Shown in pieces: positions 19,715 through 29,213 of a DNA stretch of 64,000 nucleotides (the first letter of the stretch is position 1; each line of letters opens with the position of its first letter). The stretch is from the NCBI GenBank assembly GCA_049320885.1, contig JBMORA010000013.1, forward strand, positions 32,001-96,000, in the 5' to 3' direction. The position numbers and the translations under genes are program-made. The notes under the pieces were generated by a model. The model was given only the letters and a program-made list of their open reading frames with translations. It did no database searches and was not told the DNA's origin. The stretch comes from Thermodesulfobacteriota bacterium (GTDB lineage: Bacteria > Desulfobacterota > Desulfobacteria > Desulfobacterales > SURF-7).

Positions 19715-21733
19715 CTACGCTTCCAGTGCCTGACGATCCGCCATATCCATCAGTACGCGCTCTCTTGCCTTGTCAATGCCCAGTTCCTTGCGTTTCTTGT
19801 CGATGTGGGCGATCATCAGGTGGGCATGTTTGATGGGGTCGGCTTCCAGATCCCATTTGCCGCCGTAAATTTTTTCCAGTTCCTTGGAAAGATAGTCATG
19901 GAACACCGGGGCTCCCTCAGTGGGCAGGTGCAGACCGAAAACCGTGTAAACGCCGGAAGACACAAAATACTGGCCGATGGAAATCGCTTTTTCGCTCATC
20001 CACTCCGGCGCGCTGCCGGCTGCCGGCAGGTCGCAGATGTCCTTGCCCAGACCGCCGGCCTTGACCACTTCCGTGGCCGCCAGCAGGATGCGGCTGTTGT
20101 CCACGCAGGAGCCCATGTGCAGGACCGGCGGGATGCCCACGACCTCGCAGACTTCGGCCAGACCGGGTCCGCAGTAGACCGCGGCGCTTTCCGGGGTCAG
20201 CAGGCCTTCCATGGCGCAGGCGATGCCGTTGCAGCCGGTGGTCAGGACGATGACGTCGTTCTTGATGAGTTCCTTGACCACGGCGATATGGGCCTCGTTA
20301 TGGCGCGTGCGGGCGTTGTTGCAGCCCACCACGCCGGCAATGCCGCGGATCCGGCCGTTGATGATGTTGTCGTTCAGGGTGTAATAGGTGCCGCGGAAGG
20401 TGCCGCCCAGGTGATATTCGATGGATTCGACGCCGAACCCACCCACGGAGGAGGCCTTGTATTTCGGGATCATGATCTCCGAACCGCGGTTCTTGTAATT
20501 GTCGATGGCCATGCGGACGATTTTTTCCGCGTCTTCCAGGGCATGGTGTTCGTCGAATTCAATGTGAATGACGTTGTTCTGTTCCATCCGGGCAATGGGA
20601 TGGGTGGTGATCAGTTTGGTGTGGAAGCATTTGGCGACGTTGGCCAGGTTCTGGAATACGCACTGGATGTCCACCACCATGGCGTCGCAGGCGCCGGTGA
20701 TGATGGCCAGTTCCTGCTGCAGGTAGGTGCCGGCCTGGGGCACGCCGTGACGCTGGAAAATCTCGTTGGCCGTGCAGCAGATGCCGCCCAGCTGGATGCC
20801 CTTGGCACCTTTGGATTTGGCGTATTCGATGATGTCCGGCCGCTGGGCCGTGGCCACGATCATTTCCGACAATACCGGCTCATGACCGTGAACGATGATG
20901 TTGACATGGTCCGCCTTCATGACGCCCAGGTTGGCCTCGGCCTGAAGGGGATAGGGGGTCCCGAACAGGACGTCCTGGAGGTCGGTGGCCAGCATGGAGC
21001 CTCCCCAGCCGTCCGCGAGTGAAGCCCGGGTGCATTGTTTGACGATATTTTTATAATCCTGATCCACTCCCATGTGGGTCCGATGCATGATTTCGCAGAT
21101 TTCCCTGTCGATGTTCCTGGGCAGCACGCCCTGTTTGACCCATTTGTCATACAGGGGCTGGGGAGCGCGTTTGAGATAGTACAGCTCGCCTTCCGGCTTG
21201 CCCCATTCTGCCAGAGCTTTTTCCGCCACTTCCAGGGCGATCTCATCCAGACTCCGGTCCTTGGTGACTCCGTCCGCTTCCACGGTGGTGGCCACGTTGA
21301 AATGGGGCGCGATGGCCATGAGTTTCTGGGGATCTTTGATTTTATACGCGTTGGTTTCCTTGCGGGCCACGGACAGGAAAACTTCTGCCACGCAGCGGCC
21401 ATGATCCGAATGGGCCGCGGCGCCGGCGGCGACCATACGGGCGAAATTCCGCGCGGCGATGGTATTGGCGGTGGCGCCGCACAAACCCTTGCGGGTGTCC
21501 TCGCCCTGGATGCCGCCCTTGGGCAGCGGCAACCGGCAGGGCCCCATGGCGCAGTTCTTACAGCAAATGCCTTGGATGCCGATGTTGCAGGGTTTCATCT
21601 GCTCGGCGCGGTCGAATACCGTATCAATGCCCAGGTCCTGGGCGCGCTTAATCAATTCCTGGGTCGCCGGATCAATCGAAGCCTTGATCGGATCAGCCAG
21701 TTTGTTCGCTTTTTCTTTTTTTTCTTCCGTCAT
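19715..21733 (-). CDS. cooS: Anaerobic Ni-CO dehydrogenase catalytic subunit (AcsA/CooS)
   Basis: CCKNCAMGPC, AAHSDH, HGHEP, GICCTANE, VDIQC, GCNN, TTGC, GSCVDN, PEWMSEKA. Confidence 0.97.
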   Translation of the reverse strand: MTEEKKEKANKLADPIKASIDPATQELIKRAQDLGIDTVFDRAEQMKPCNIGIQGICCKNCAMGPCRLPLPKGGIQGEDTRKGLCGATANTIAARNFARMVAAGAAAHSDHGRCVAEVFLSVARKETNAYKIKDPQKLMAIAPHFNVATTVEADGVTKDRSLDEIALEVAEKALAEWGKPEGELYYLKRAPQPLYDKWVKQGVLPRNIDREICEIMHRTHMGVDQDYKNIVKQCTRASLADGWGGSMLATDLQDVLFGTPYPLQAEANLGVMKADHVNIIVHGHEPVLSEMIVATAQRPDIIEYAKSKGAKGIQLGGICCTANEIFQRHGVPQAGTYLQQELAIITGACDAMVVDIQCVFQNLANVAKCFHTKLITTHPIARMEQNNVIHIEFDEHHALEDAEKIVRMAIDNYKNRGSEIMIPKYKASSVGGFGVESIEYHLGGTFRGTYYTLNDNIINGRIRGIAGVVGCNNARTRHNEAHIAVVKELIKNDVIVLTTGCNGIACAMEGLLTPESAAVYCGPGLAEVCEVVGIPPVLHMGSCVDNSRILLAATEVVKAGGLGKDICDLPAAGSAPEWMSEKAISIGQYFVSSGVYTVFGLHLPTEGAPVFHDYLSKELEKIYGGKWDLEADPIKHAHLMIAHIDKKRKELGIDKARERVLMDMADRQALEA

Positions 21734-21845
21734 GTGAGGTTCCTCCTCATATTAATGATCAATTCATCCGCCCGTACATCGAAACATCGGCGGCGGGTAT
21801 CTTTTTTTCTGTCAGGCGGTTCACGCAAAGGTCATGAACTCCGCC

Positions 21846-23411
21846 TCAGGCGACACGGCGGTGGACCCTGTTCAAGCGGTCGATGATCTTTTCGATGTCG
21901 CTTTTCTGAACAGCGGCCGGCGTCAGCGTGACTTTACCTTCCTTGACTTCCGCGGCCCTCTGGGCCGCCAGTTTGGCGCGCTCCTCGGCCCGTTTCATCC
22001 GCAGCTCGTTTTCTTCGGCCTGTCGCTTGGCAGCCACATCGGCATCGGCCTTGGCTTTGGCGTCGGCATCGGCTTTGGCTTTGGCTTCCGCATCAGCCTT
22101 GGCCTTGGCTTCCGCAGCCGCTTTCGCCTTGGCGTCGGCCTCGGCTTTGGCCTTGGCATCGGCTTCCGCTTTGGCTTTGGCATCGGCTTCGGCCGCTGCT
22201 TTGGCAGCCGCATCAGCCTTGGCGTCCACCTTGACTTCCACTTTCGGCGCTTCCGCGGGCGCTGCTTTCGGCTCGGCCTTGGGCGCAGCGGCCTTGGCGG
22301 CGGGTTTGGGCGCGGCCTTGGGAGCCTCTTTGGGCGCGGCGGCAGGGGCCGGTTTTTCTTTCTTTTCTTCCTCGATGGTCAGATTCGGCGTCGGTGAAAT
22401 GGCGGCATAATCAATTTTGGCTTCCGCCAGCTTTTTGGCGATGGGCGCCACTTTCGTCGCCATGCCGCCCCCCATGATCAGATCGATGAAGGCCCGCACC
22501 ATGCGAATGGCTTCCGGATGGCGCATGATCAGGATGTCGGAACCGGCCATCAGATAGGTGACCGCTCCCACCGCTTCCATCAGAATGCCGCGTTTTTCCG
22601 GATCCCCCAGGGAAGGGGCTTCCTCGGCTGGCAGTTTGGCTTCCTTGCATTTCCAGACTTCGTTGCCGAGGTTGTTGATGATCGGGAATTGCAGTTTGTC
22701 ATCACCCTGGGCCATGGCCGCCATCCGCAGGCGTTCCATGACCGAATAGGAATATTCCAGGCCGTACCCGATGCCGCCGGTGGTCGGATCCACGATGATG
22801 CGGTCCATGGGCATGCCCAGGTTTTCCAGCAGGATGTTCACCTGTTTGGCCAGGTTGACGTCGATGGGTGAGGACGAAATCAGGGTGTGGCCGAAACCCA
22901 TGGCGGAGGCGCCGATACCCTTGTGGTTCTTGTCTTCCACCGGACCCAGCACCAGCTTTTCGCCGTCGCACTCCTCGGAAATTTTCTTTAAGGTTTCTTC
23001 ATCTTTCTGGGGATTGGCGCACCCCCAGACGATCAGCGGAACATCGATGGCTTTCAGCACTTTCTTGACCGTGGCTACGGCGGACGCCGGGCTGGCGTTG
23101 TCGCCGTTGGGGTCCGTGCTTTTCAGTTGCAGCACGATGGCTTCCGCGCCGAATTCCTTGACGCATTTCTTGGCCCATGCAGCCGGATCGGACATCACAT
23201 CCTTGAAATGGACAAGCGCCGCCTCCGCCCAGTCCTGCGGTGCCATATCCCAGATTTCCATCGCGATTTTCGGTTTATTGGGCATCTTGCCTTCGAACTG
23301 ATAGAAGGGATAACAGGTTTCGCCCCCGACGGTCAGGGCCTTGGCGCCCTTTCCGATGGTAATCTCCTTTATGCTGCCAGCATAGGATTCTTTTACAATT
23401 TCAAAGCCCAA
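21846..23411 (-). CDS. acsD: Corrinoid iron-sulfur protein small (delta) subunit with a long Ala/Lys/Pro-rich C-terminal extension
   Basis: TTG start at 23411 after AAGGAGG; VGGETCYPFY, PIDVNLAKQ, DPTTGGIGYGLEYSYSVMER, IMRHP. Confidence 0.93.
   Translation of the reverse strand: MGFEIVKESYAGSIKEITIGKGAKALTVGGETCYPFYQFEGKMPNKPKIAMEIWDMAPQDWAEAALVHFKDVMSDPAAWAKKCVKEFGAEAIVLQLKSTDPNGDNASPASAVATVKKVLKAIDVPLIVWGCANPQKDEETLKKISEECDGEKLVLGPVEDKNHKGIGASAMGFGHTLISSSPIDVNLAKQVNILLENLGMPMDRIIVDPTTGGIGYGLEYSYSVMERLRMAAMAQGDDKLQFPIINNLGNEVWKCKEAKLPAEEAPSLGDPEKRGILMEAVGAVTYLMAGSDILIMRHPEAIRMVRAFIDLIMGGGMATKVAPIAKKLAEAKIDYAAISPTPNLTIEEEKKEKPAPAAAPKEAPKAAPKPAAKAAAPKAEPKAAPAEAPKVEVKVDAKADAAAKAAAEADAKAKAEADAKAKAEADAKAKAAAEAKAKADAEAKAKADADAKAKADADVAAKRQAEENELRMKRAEERAKLAAQRAAEVKEGKVTLTPAAVQKSDIEKIIDRLNRVHRRVA
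22030..22230 (-). repeat. Coding 24-nt / 8-aa tandem repeats (AEADAKAK-like) in acsD
   Basis: AKAAAEADAKAKAEADAKAKAEADAKAKAAAEAKAKADAEAKAKADADAKAKADAD. Confidence 0.9.
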
Positions 23412-23760
23412 TTTTGCCTCCTTATCGTTTTCGAACGATATTGCAGTTGAGAAACTTGTTGTAAGAACGTTGCCTATCGCGCCACCCGATAGGAGCTCCA
23501 TCCATCAATATAAATATTCCCCCTTTCATTAATAAAAAAGAATAATATGTCGACATCCGTTACAACGGATGGCTGTTTACGGACCGGCTTATTGTTTTCC
23601 AGCTAACCGATTTTCTTCGAGAAATTTAATGGAACAACCTCCCGGCAAAAAATACCAAATTATCTCCTTACATGCTGGCATAATATTTGTCAATAGAAGA
23701 CCGGAATCCTCCCGCACGGCACATTTTATTATAATTATTTAATATAACAGTAAAATATTG

Positions 23761-25716
23761 CTATCCAGCCTGTCTTGCCCGCAGGCGTCGGCGGTTCTCC
23801 ATGCGCGCCTTCAGTTTCGGAAAACTGTCCAGATCCGTATGCGGCAGGAAAAGCGACGCCACGTATTTGTCCATATACGACGGCGTCTCCGACAGCTCGA
23901 AATTGGTCATTTTCCTGGTGACGTCACCCACATCCCGCCGGATGCGGTTCGTCAGGGAGCTCATTTTACATCCCATCAGGGAGCCGTTTCCCACAAAAAT
24001 GACTTTTGCCGGGTCCACCTCCGGCAGCAGGCCGATGACCATGGCTTTTTCCAGATCCACATAGCTGCCGAAGCCGCCGGCCAGGATGATCCGATCCAGG
24101 CTGTGCACGCTAAGTCCCACCTCTTCCAGCAGGGTCTGGTAGCCGCTGTAAATGGCGCCCTTGGCGCGGATCAGATTTTCAATGTCGATCTCCGTCAGCA
24201 CCACATCCCGGTCGATCTGGGATTCATGCTGCCAGGCCAGCACGTATTCGTACACCCCCTCGGACTCACGGATCCGGGGGGTCTTGAGATCCCGGTCGAA
24301 TTTCCCCAGGTTGTTGATGATGCCCATTTCAAACATGGTGGCCACCATGATGATCAACCCGGAGCCGCAGATCCCCTTGGGCCTGGTGTTGCCGATGGTG
24401 ATGTTCATGGGTTCGAGGGTGATGGGATCGATGGAAAAATCCTCGATGGCCCCCTTGGCGGCCCGCATGCCCAGCTTGATGCCGCCCCCCTCGAAAGCCG
24501 GGCCGGCCGAACAGGCCGCGCAGGCCAGCCAGTCCTTGTTGCCGACGACGATTTCCGCATTGGTGCCGATGTCGATATACAGCGTCAACTCCTCGGTGCG
24601 GTACATGCCCGATCCCATGACGCCGGCCACAATGTCGCCCCCCACATAACTGGAGACCACCGGATACACCAGGGCGGTCACATGGGCCCCCAGGTTCATT
24701 CCCAGATCCCGGGCCCGAATGGGGGGGAACAGGGTGGCGGCCGGTACATAAGGGGAGAGCCGGATGTATTTCGGATTGATGTTCAACAGCAGCTGGGTCA
24801 TGGTGGTGTTGCCGGCCAGTGTGATGGTGGAAATACCTTCCGGGTCCACACCCGCCTGGGTGATGATCCTTCCGAGCACCTTGTTGATGGTCTCGATCAC
24901 CACCTCCTGAAGCTTCTGGCGGCCGCCCGGCTTGTCCGCGAACACGATCCGGCTGATCACATCCTCGCCGTAGCTGATCTGAGCATTGAAATCGCCGTAT
25001 TCACTCAACACCTCACCGGTCTTCAGGTTCAGCAGCTGGCCGTATATGGTGGTGGTGCCGATATCCATGGCAATGGCGTAATTCTGCTCCGTTGTGTCCC
25101 CCGCCTGAAGATTGGCGATGCGGGATTTGCTGCCTTCCCGCACCGGCCGTTCCAGGGTCGCGGTGACCTTGAAATCCTGTTCCCGGAGTACATCCGGAAT
25201 TTTCCGGATAACCGGCAGGGTGAGCTGAAGCTGATGCTCGCCGTGATTCAAGGTAAGGAAATTGACCAGGCGGGAGACATCCGGCAGATTGTCTTTATGA
25301 GAAGGTTCCGGCAACTCCAGATATCTTTTTTCCACCGGCGGCACGAACAGGCCGGCTTCCTTCAGGGTTTCAAAATCCATCTGCTGGATACGGGCGGTGC
25401 GGCGGGGCGTGGATTGGGAATTCAGCACACTGGCATCCACCGCCGATTCCACCGGAATGCGAACAGTCAGGTCGCTTCTGATCTTCGATAAGCAGGCCAG
25501 ACGGTAATTTTTTTCCAGATCGTCCTTGCTGAGCTTTTCCGTGATGCCGTCATCCACGCTGCCGCTTTCGATCATGACCCGGCATTTGCCGCAAACGCCT
25601 TCGCCGCCGCAGGAGGCGTTCACATGAACGCCGGCCTCCATGGCCGCACGGATCAGGCTTTCGCCGTCGGGAACGGAAATTTGTCGGTTGTGGGGCAGGA
25701 ACGTCACTTTGTGCAT
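23761..25716 (-). CDS. acsV: Reductive activator of corrinoid protein (RACo/AcsV; 2Fe-2S plus ASKHA ATPase)
   Basis: CGGEGVCGKC...RLAC, DIGTTT, YVGGDIV, DIGTNAE, SAGPAFEG, GICGSG, AGGFG. Confidence 0.92.
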   Translation of the reverse strand: MHKVTFLPHNRQISVPDGESLIRAAMEAGVHVNASCGGEGVCGKCRVMIESGSVDDGITEKLSKDDLEKNYRLACLSKIRSDLTVRIPVESAVDASVLNSQSTPRRTARIQQMDFETLKEAGLFVPPVEKRYLELPEPSHKDNLPDVSRLVNFLTLNHGEHQLQLTLPVIRKIPDVLREQDFKVTATLERPVREGSKSRIANLQAGDTTEQNYAIAMDIGTTTIYGQLLNLKTGEVLSEYGDFNAQISYGEDVISRIVFADKPGGRQKLQEVVIETINKVLGRIITQAGVDPEGISTITLAGNTTMTQLLLNINPKYIRLSPYVPAATLFPPIRARDLGMNLGAHVTALVYPVVSSYVGGDIVAGVMGSGMYRTEELTLYIDIGTNAEIVVGNKDWLACAACSAGPAFEGGGIKLGMRAAKGAIEDFSIDPITLEPMNITIGNTRPKGICGSGLIIMVATMFEMGIINNLGKFDRDLKTPRIRESEGVYEYVLAWQHESQIDRDVVLTEIDIENLIRAKGAIYSGYQTLLEEVGLSVHSLDRIILAGGFGSYVDLEKAMVIGLLPEVDPAKVIFVGNGSLMGCKMSSLTNRIRRDVGDVTRKMTNFELSETPSYMDKYVASLFLPHTDLDSFPKLKARMENRRRLRARQAG

Positions 25717-25877
25717 ATACCGTTTCCTTTTCGCTGGGGTGGTGTTGCCGCGTCGCCAGTCGGGCGAATGAAGTTACTTATCGAATTCACGGTCGGTTAT
25801 CAAGCAGAACCTTCACCGCATCGGATCGAGTCGAAAACGAGCAGCATGTGAGCATATACTCATAACTATGGGCGCTG

Positions 25878-26684
25878 TCAACCCTGATGTCGGTCCCGAT
25901 GTTTCCCGGGGATGGGGGTCACCCGGGGGTAAGGCCCCAGGGGATTCCGGTCCAGCAGCAGATCACATCCATAAGCAGTTTTCAGGATGTCGTCGCTCAA
26001 GACCGCCCGCGGTTCACCCTGGCCGGCAACCGCGCCGTCTTTCAACAGCAGCAACCGATCCCCGTACATGGCAGCCAGATTCAAATCGTGGGAGACCATC
26101 ACGATGGTGACCCCCTTTTCCTGTTTCAGACGCTCCATGACATCCATGATGCGGATCTGGTGAGCCAGGTCCAGCGAGGCGGTGGGTTCATCCAGAAGCA
26201 AAATTTCCGGTTGCTGGCAGATGGCCCTTGCGATGAAAACGCGTTGGCATTCACCGCCGCTCAACCGGTTGAGTTTCCGGCGGGCCAGATGTTCGATGCC
26301 GGTAAAGGCAAGGGCCTGGCGGGCGATCTCGCGGTCTTCCCGGCCCTCGACGCCGAATACGCCCAGATAAGGCGACCGGCCCATCAACACCAGTTCCATG
26401 ACGGTAAACGGGAAATCCGGGGTCGTCGTCTGGGGCACGTAGGCGATTTTCCGCGCGAGACTCCTTCGCCCGTAAGATCCGATGGCCCGCCCCTGAAGGG
26501 CAACCTTCCCGGAAATGCGGCCGGTTACGCCGGCGAGCACTTTTATCAAGGTGGTCTTTCCGGAACCATTGGGGCCTATGATGATGAAAAGTTCCGCCTC
26601 CTGAACGGAAAACGACACATTCCGGAGAACCGGTATCTCCCGGTAGGAAAAATTCAGCGCCTGGATTTCAAGAGCGGTTTTCAT
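25878..26684 (-). CDS. btuD: Cobalamin/Fe-siderophore ABC transporter ATPase
   Basis: GPNGSGKT, LSGGECQR, LLLDEPT; third gene behind a cobalamin riboswitch. Confidence 0.88.
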   Translation of the reverse strand: MKTALEIQALNFSYREIPVLRNVSFSVQEAELFIIIGPNGSGKTTLIKVLAGVTGRISGKVALQGRAIGSYGRRSLARKIAYVPQTTTPDFPFTVMELVLMGRSPYLGVFGVEGREDREIARQALAFTGIEHLARRKLNRLSGGECQRVFIARAICQQPEILLLDEPTASLDLAHQIRIMDVMERLKQEKGVTIVMVSHDLNLAAMYGDRLLLLKDGAVAGQGEPRAVLSDDILKTAYGCDLLLDRNPLGPYPRVTPIPGKHRDRHQG

Positions 26685-27691
26685 CTTCCCGACCGTTTCA
26701 ATAAGAAAATGAACAGCGGCGCCCCGAACATGGCGGTGATGACGCCGGCCGACATTTCACCCTGGGCCGGAAGCACCCTGGCCAGCAGATCGCACAGCAC
26801 CATATAGGCCCCGCCGCCCAGAACACAGGCGGGCATCAGGACCCGGTGATCCGGACCCAGCAGCAGGCGCAGGAGATGCGGAATCACCAGTCCGACAAAA
26901 CCGATCAGTCCGCAATGACTGACCGTCGCGCTGACCATGAAGGAAGTGACCACCAAAAGGATCAGGATGACCGCCTTGACATTGATCCCCATGGTCTGGG
27001 CCAGATCGCCCCCCAGCAGCAGCAGATTCATATTGTTGGATAAACGGAAAATCACCAGGAAACAGGGCGCCAGCATCAGGGCCAGCATTCCCGCTTGCGG
27101 GAGGTCGGTGGAGGCCAGATCCCCCATCAGCCAGAACATGATGGTATGGAGACGGGAATCCTGGGTCAATGAAATCAAGAACATAATCACCGCCGTGCAA
27201 AACGCGTTGACCATGACGCCGGACAGCAGCAGGGCGTCCTTGATCATCACGGTCTGACCGGAGGAAAGGGCCAGAATCAGCATCAGCGTCGCGGAGCTGC
27301 CGCAAAAAGCGCTCAGACTGACTCCCGGGAAAGGCGCCAGTCCCAGCAGAATCCCGAGGATCGCGCCGATGGCCGCCCCTCCCGAGATTCCCAAAATATA
27401 CGGTTCCGCGAGAGGATTCCGCAACAGGGCCTGGAAAACGAGTCCTCCGGAAGACAGGGCCGCGCCCACCAGGGCCGCCAGGATCACCCGGGGGAACCGG
27501 ATCCGCCAGATGATATTGCTCAGCATCGGATCCACGCCCTCGCCGCCTGTGAGGGAGAGCCAGACGGCTTTCGCATTGCCGCCGGTGCTTCCCATGGAAA
27601 GGCCCAGGAACATGGCGCCCAGAAGCAGCAGGAACAGGAAACTGTTGATGATCAGCAGACGTTTGATGACCATCGGCGCGCCCCGGCTCAT
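26681..27691 (-). CDS. btuC: Cobalamin ABC transporter permease (FecCD family)
   Basis: IRFPRV, LLRNPLAEPYILGISGGA, GLIGFVGLVIPH; ATGA overlap with the btuF stop. Confidence 0.88.
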   Translation of the reverse strand: MSRGAPMVIKRLLIINSFLFLLLLGAMFLGLSMGSTGGNAKAVWLSLTGGEGVDPMLSNIIWRIRFPRVILAALVGAALSSGGLVFQALLRNPLAEPYILGISGGAAIGAILGILLGLAPFPGVSLSAFCGSSATLMLILALSSGQTVMIKDALLLSGVMVNAFCTAVIMFLISLTQDSRLHTIMFWLMGDLASTDLPQAGMLALMLAPCFLVIFRLSNNMNLLLLGGDLAQTMGINVKAVILILLVVTSFMVSATVSHCGLIGFVGLVIPHLLRLLLGPDHRVLMPACVLGGGAYMVLCDLLARVLPAQGEMSAGVITAMFGAPLFIFLLKRSGR

Positions 27692-28623
27692 GGCGTTGAT
27701 CCCCTGGGCCCGGTTTCGAACAGTTCCGGATGAATCAGGCGCGCCAGCAGTTCCAGTCCATCCACCAGCCGGGGGCTGGCCCGGTCCAGCAGGTTGGAAT
27801 CCGCCAGCAGAATCCGGTCGTTTTTTACCGCCGGCATGTCGGGCCACCTTCGCCATTCGGCTTTCACTTTGTCGAAAACCCCTCCCCGCTCCATAGAGGT
27901 GATGATCAGGACTTCCGGCGCCAGCGCGATCACTTGTTCCCGGGATAGTCGCGGATACGGCAAGGGGCCTTCCGTCAGGTTGCGGCCTCCGGCCATGACG
28001 ATCAATTCATGGATGAAGGTGTGGGTTCCGACGCTGACAATGGGGGCGATTCCGATCTGAAAAAAGACGGTCGGCGTTCCGCCGGCTCCGACGACCGTCT
28101 CCCGGACGATTCCGATGCGCCGGCGCATATCGCCGACGATTTCTTCCGCCCGGTCCGAAGCATCCAGCAGGGAGCCGATTTCCGTGATGGTGTCCATCAC
28201 CGCGGCCAGATTTCGGGGGTCCACGGCATAAACCGGTATGGCCAGGGACTCCAGCCGGCGGATGACGGTCAAGGGGTTTCCATCCTTGACGGCGATGCAC
28301 AAATCCGGGCGCAAAGCGACGATTTTTTCCACATCCAGGTGCACATAGGAACCCACCTGGGGCAGGTCCAGGGCCGCCTGCGGATAATCGCTGTACTGGG
28401 TGACACCCTTCAGACGATGGCCCTGATCCAGGGCAAAAATGATTTCGGCGATACTTGGCGCCAAGGCGATGATGCGTCGGGGATGGGCCGGTATCGACAC
28501 CCGACGTCCCAACTGATCCGTTACGGCTCGGCCGGCCGTGGCTGCCGGACCGGAAATCGCGACCAGGAGAAAGACCACGAAGCCGACCACGATTCGCCTT
28601 ATGTTCCGTTCGGCGCCGGTCAT
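27688..28623 (-). CDS. btuF: Cobalamin-binding periplasmic protein
   Basis: Signal peptide, TDQLGRRV, RIIALAPSIAE, EKIVALRPDL, DRASPRLVDG. Confidence 0.88.
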   Translation of the reverse strand: MTGAERNIRRIVVGFVVFLLVAISGPAATAGRAVTDQLGRRVSIPAHPRRIIALAPSIAEIIFALDQGHRLKGVTQYSDYPQAALDLPQVGSYVHLDVEKIVALRPDLCIAVKDGNPLTVIRRLESLAIPVYAVDPRNLAAVMDTITEIGSLLDASDRAEEIVGDMRRRIGIVRETVVGAGGTPTVFFQIGIAPIVSVGTHTFIHELIVMAGGRNLTEGPLPYPRLSREQVIALAPEVLIITSMERGGVFDKVKAEWRRWPDMPAVKNDRILLADSNLLDRASPRLVDGLELLARLIHPELFETGPRGSTP

Positions 28624-28696
28624 GATTCGTCTCCGGCAAGGCGCCGCGGCTCCGATGATGAACTCTCCAGATCTTCCAATATTCCGGTCCTTGCCA

Positions 28697-28729
28697 TAAA
28701 AAATCCGTCCCCTGATTAGCGGGACGGAT
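28697..28729 (-). terminator. Attenuator terminator of the cobalamin riboswitch
   Basis: Minus strand ATCCGTCCC-GCTAATCAG-GGGACGGAT followed by TTTTT, between the aptamer and btuF. Confidence 0.75.
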
Positions 28730-28785
28730 GGAAACGGCTTTGAACGGATCCACACCGGCCCCGACCGCGAAGGCATTCTCGGTTC

Positions 28786-28953
28786 ATCATCCGGGCAGGT
28801 CTCCTGGCTTGTGGATCTCCCTACTGGTCGCCTCTTCCCGTTCCAATCGCTTTGAACAGTGAGCGCCTGCGACGGTCGTCCCCACTCACAGTGGCGGGCC
28901 CGCAGCGGAATCACACCGCTTTCCCTGTTATGCCCCACGGGCGCCCGGATGAC
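28786..28953 (-). ncRNA. Cobalamin (AdoCbl) riboswitch
   Basis: Minus strand AACAGGGAAAGCGGTGTGATTCCGCTGCGGGCCCGCCACTGTGA...GGGAAG...AAGCCAGGAGACCTGCC (B12 box); P1 pairing TCATCCGGGC/GCCCGGATGA. Confidence 0.93.
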
Positions 28954-29213
28954 ATCTTTCTGGAAGCTTAGAACACCGAAACCGCATGAAAAGTCAATAT
29001 AAAAATAGAACCGCGCGCCCGATGATCCTCCCGGGGCGGAAGTCGCCGGTCCGGTGAGAAAGCCGGGAAATTTCCCCATTATGAATTCCCTACACACAAT
29101 ATACAGTATTCATGTTGACTTGAGGTCACAATCTATATATGAAACACCCAATACCATCCATGCTAGACACAATCACGGATTGCATCCGGACTTCACTGAA
29201 TGGGGAGGAGTGC

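Noticed and set aside
21834..22410. Plus-strand Gly-Phe and Ala-Ser-Leu repeat ORFs
   Set aside because: Antisense readings of the acsD AEADAKAK repeat
23676..23691. TGGCATAATATTTGTC as a sigma54 promoter
   Set aside because: Has GT rather than GC at -12 and faces away from acsD
28624..29097. N-terminal extension of btuF in the ORF track
   Set aside because: Runs through the cobalamin riboswitch and attenuator; the signal peptide starts near 28623
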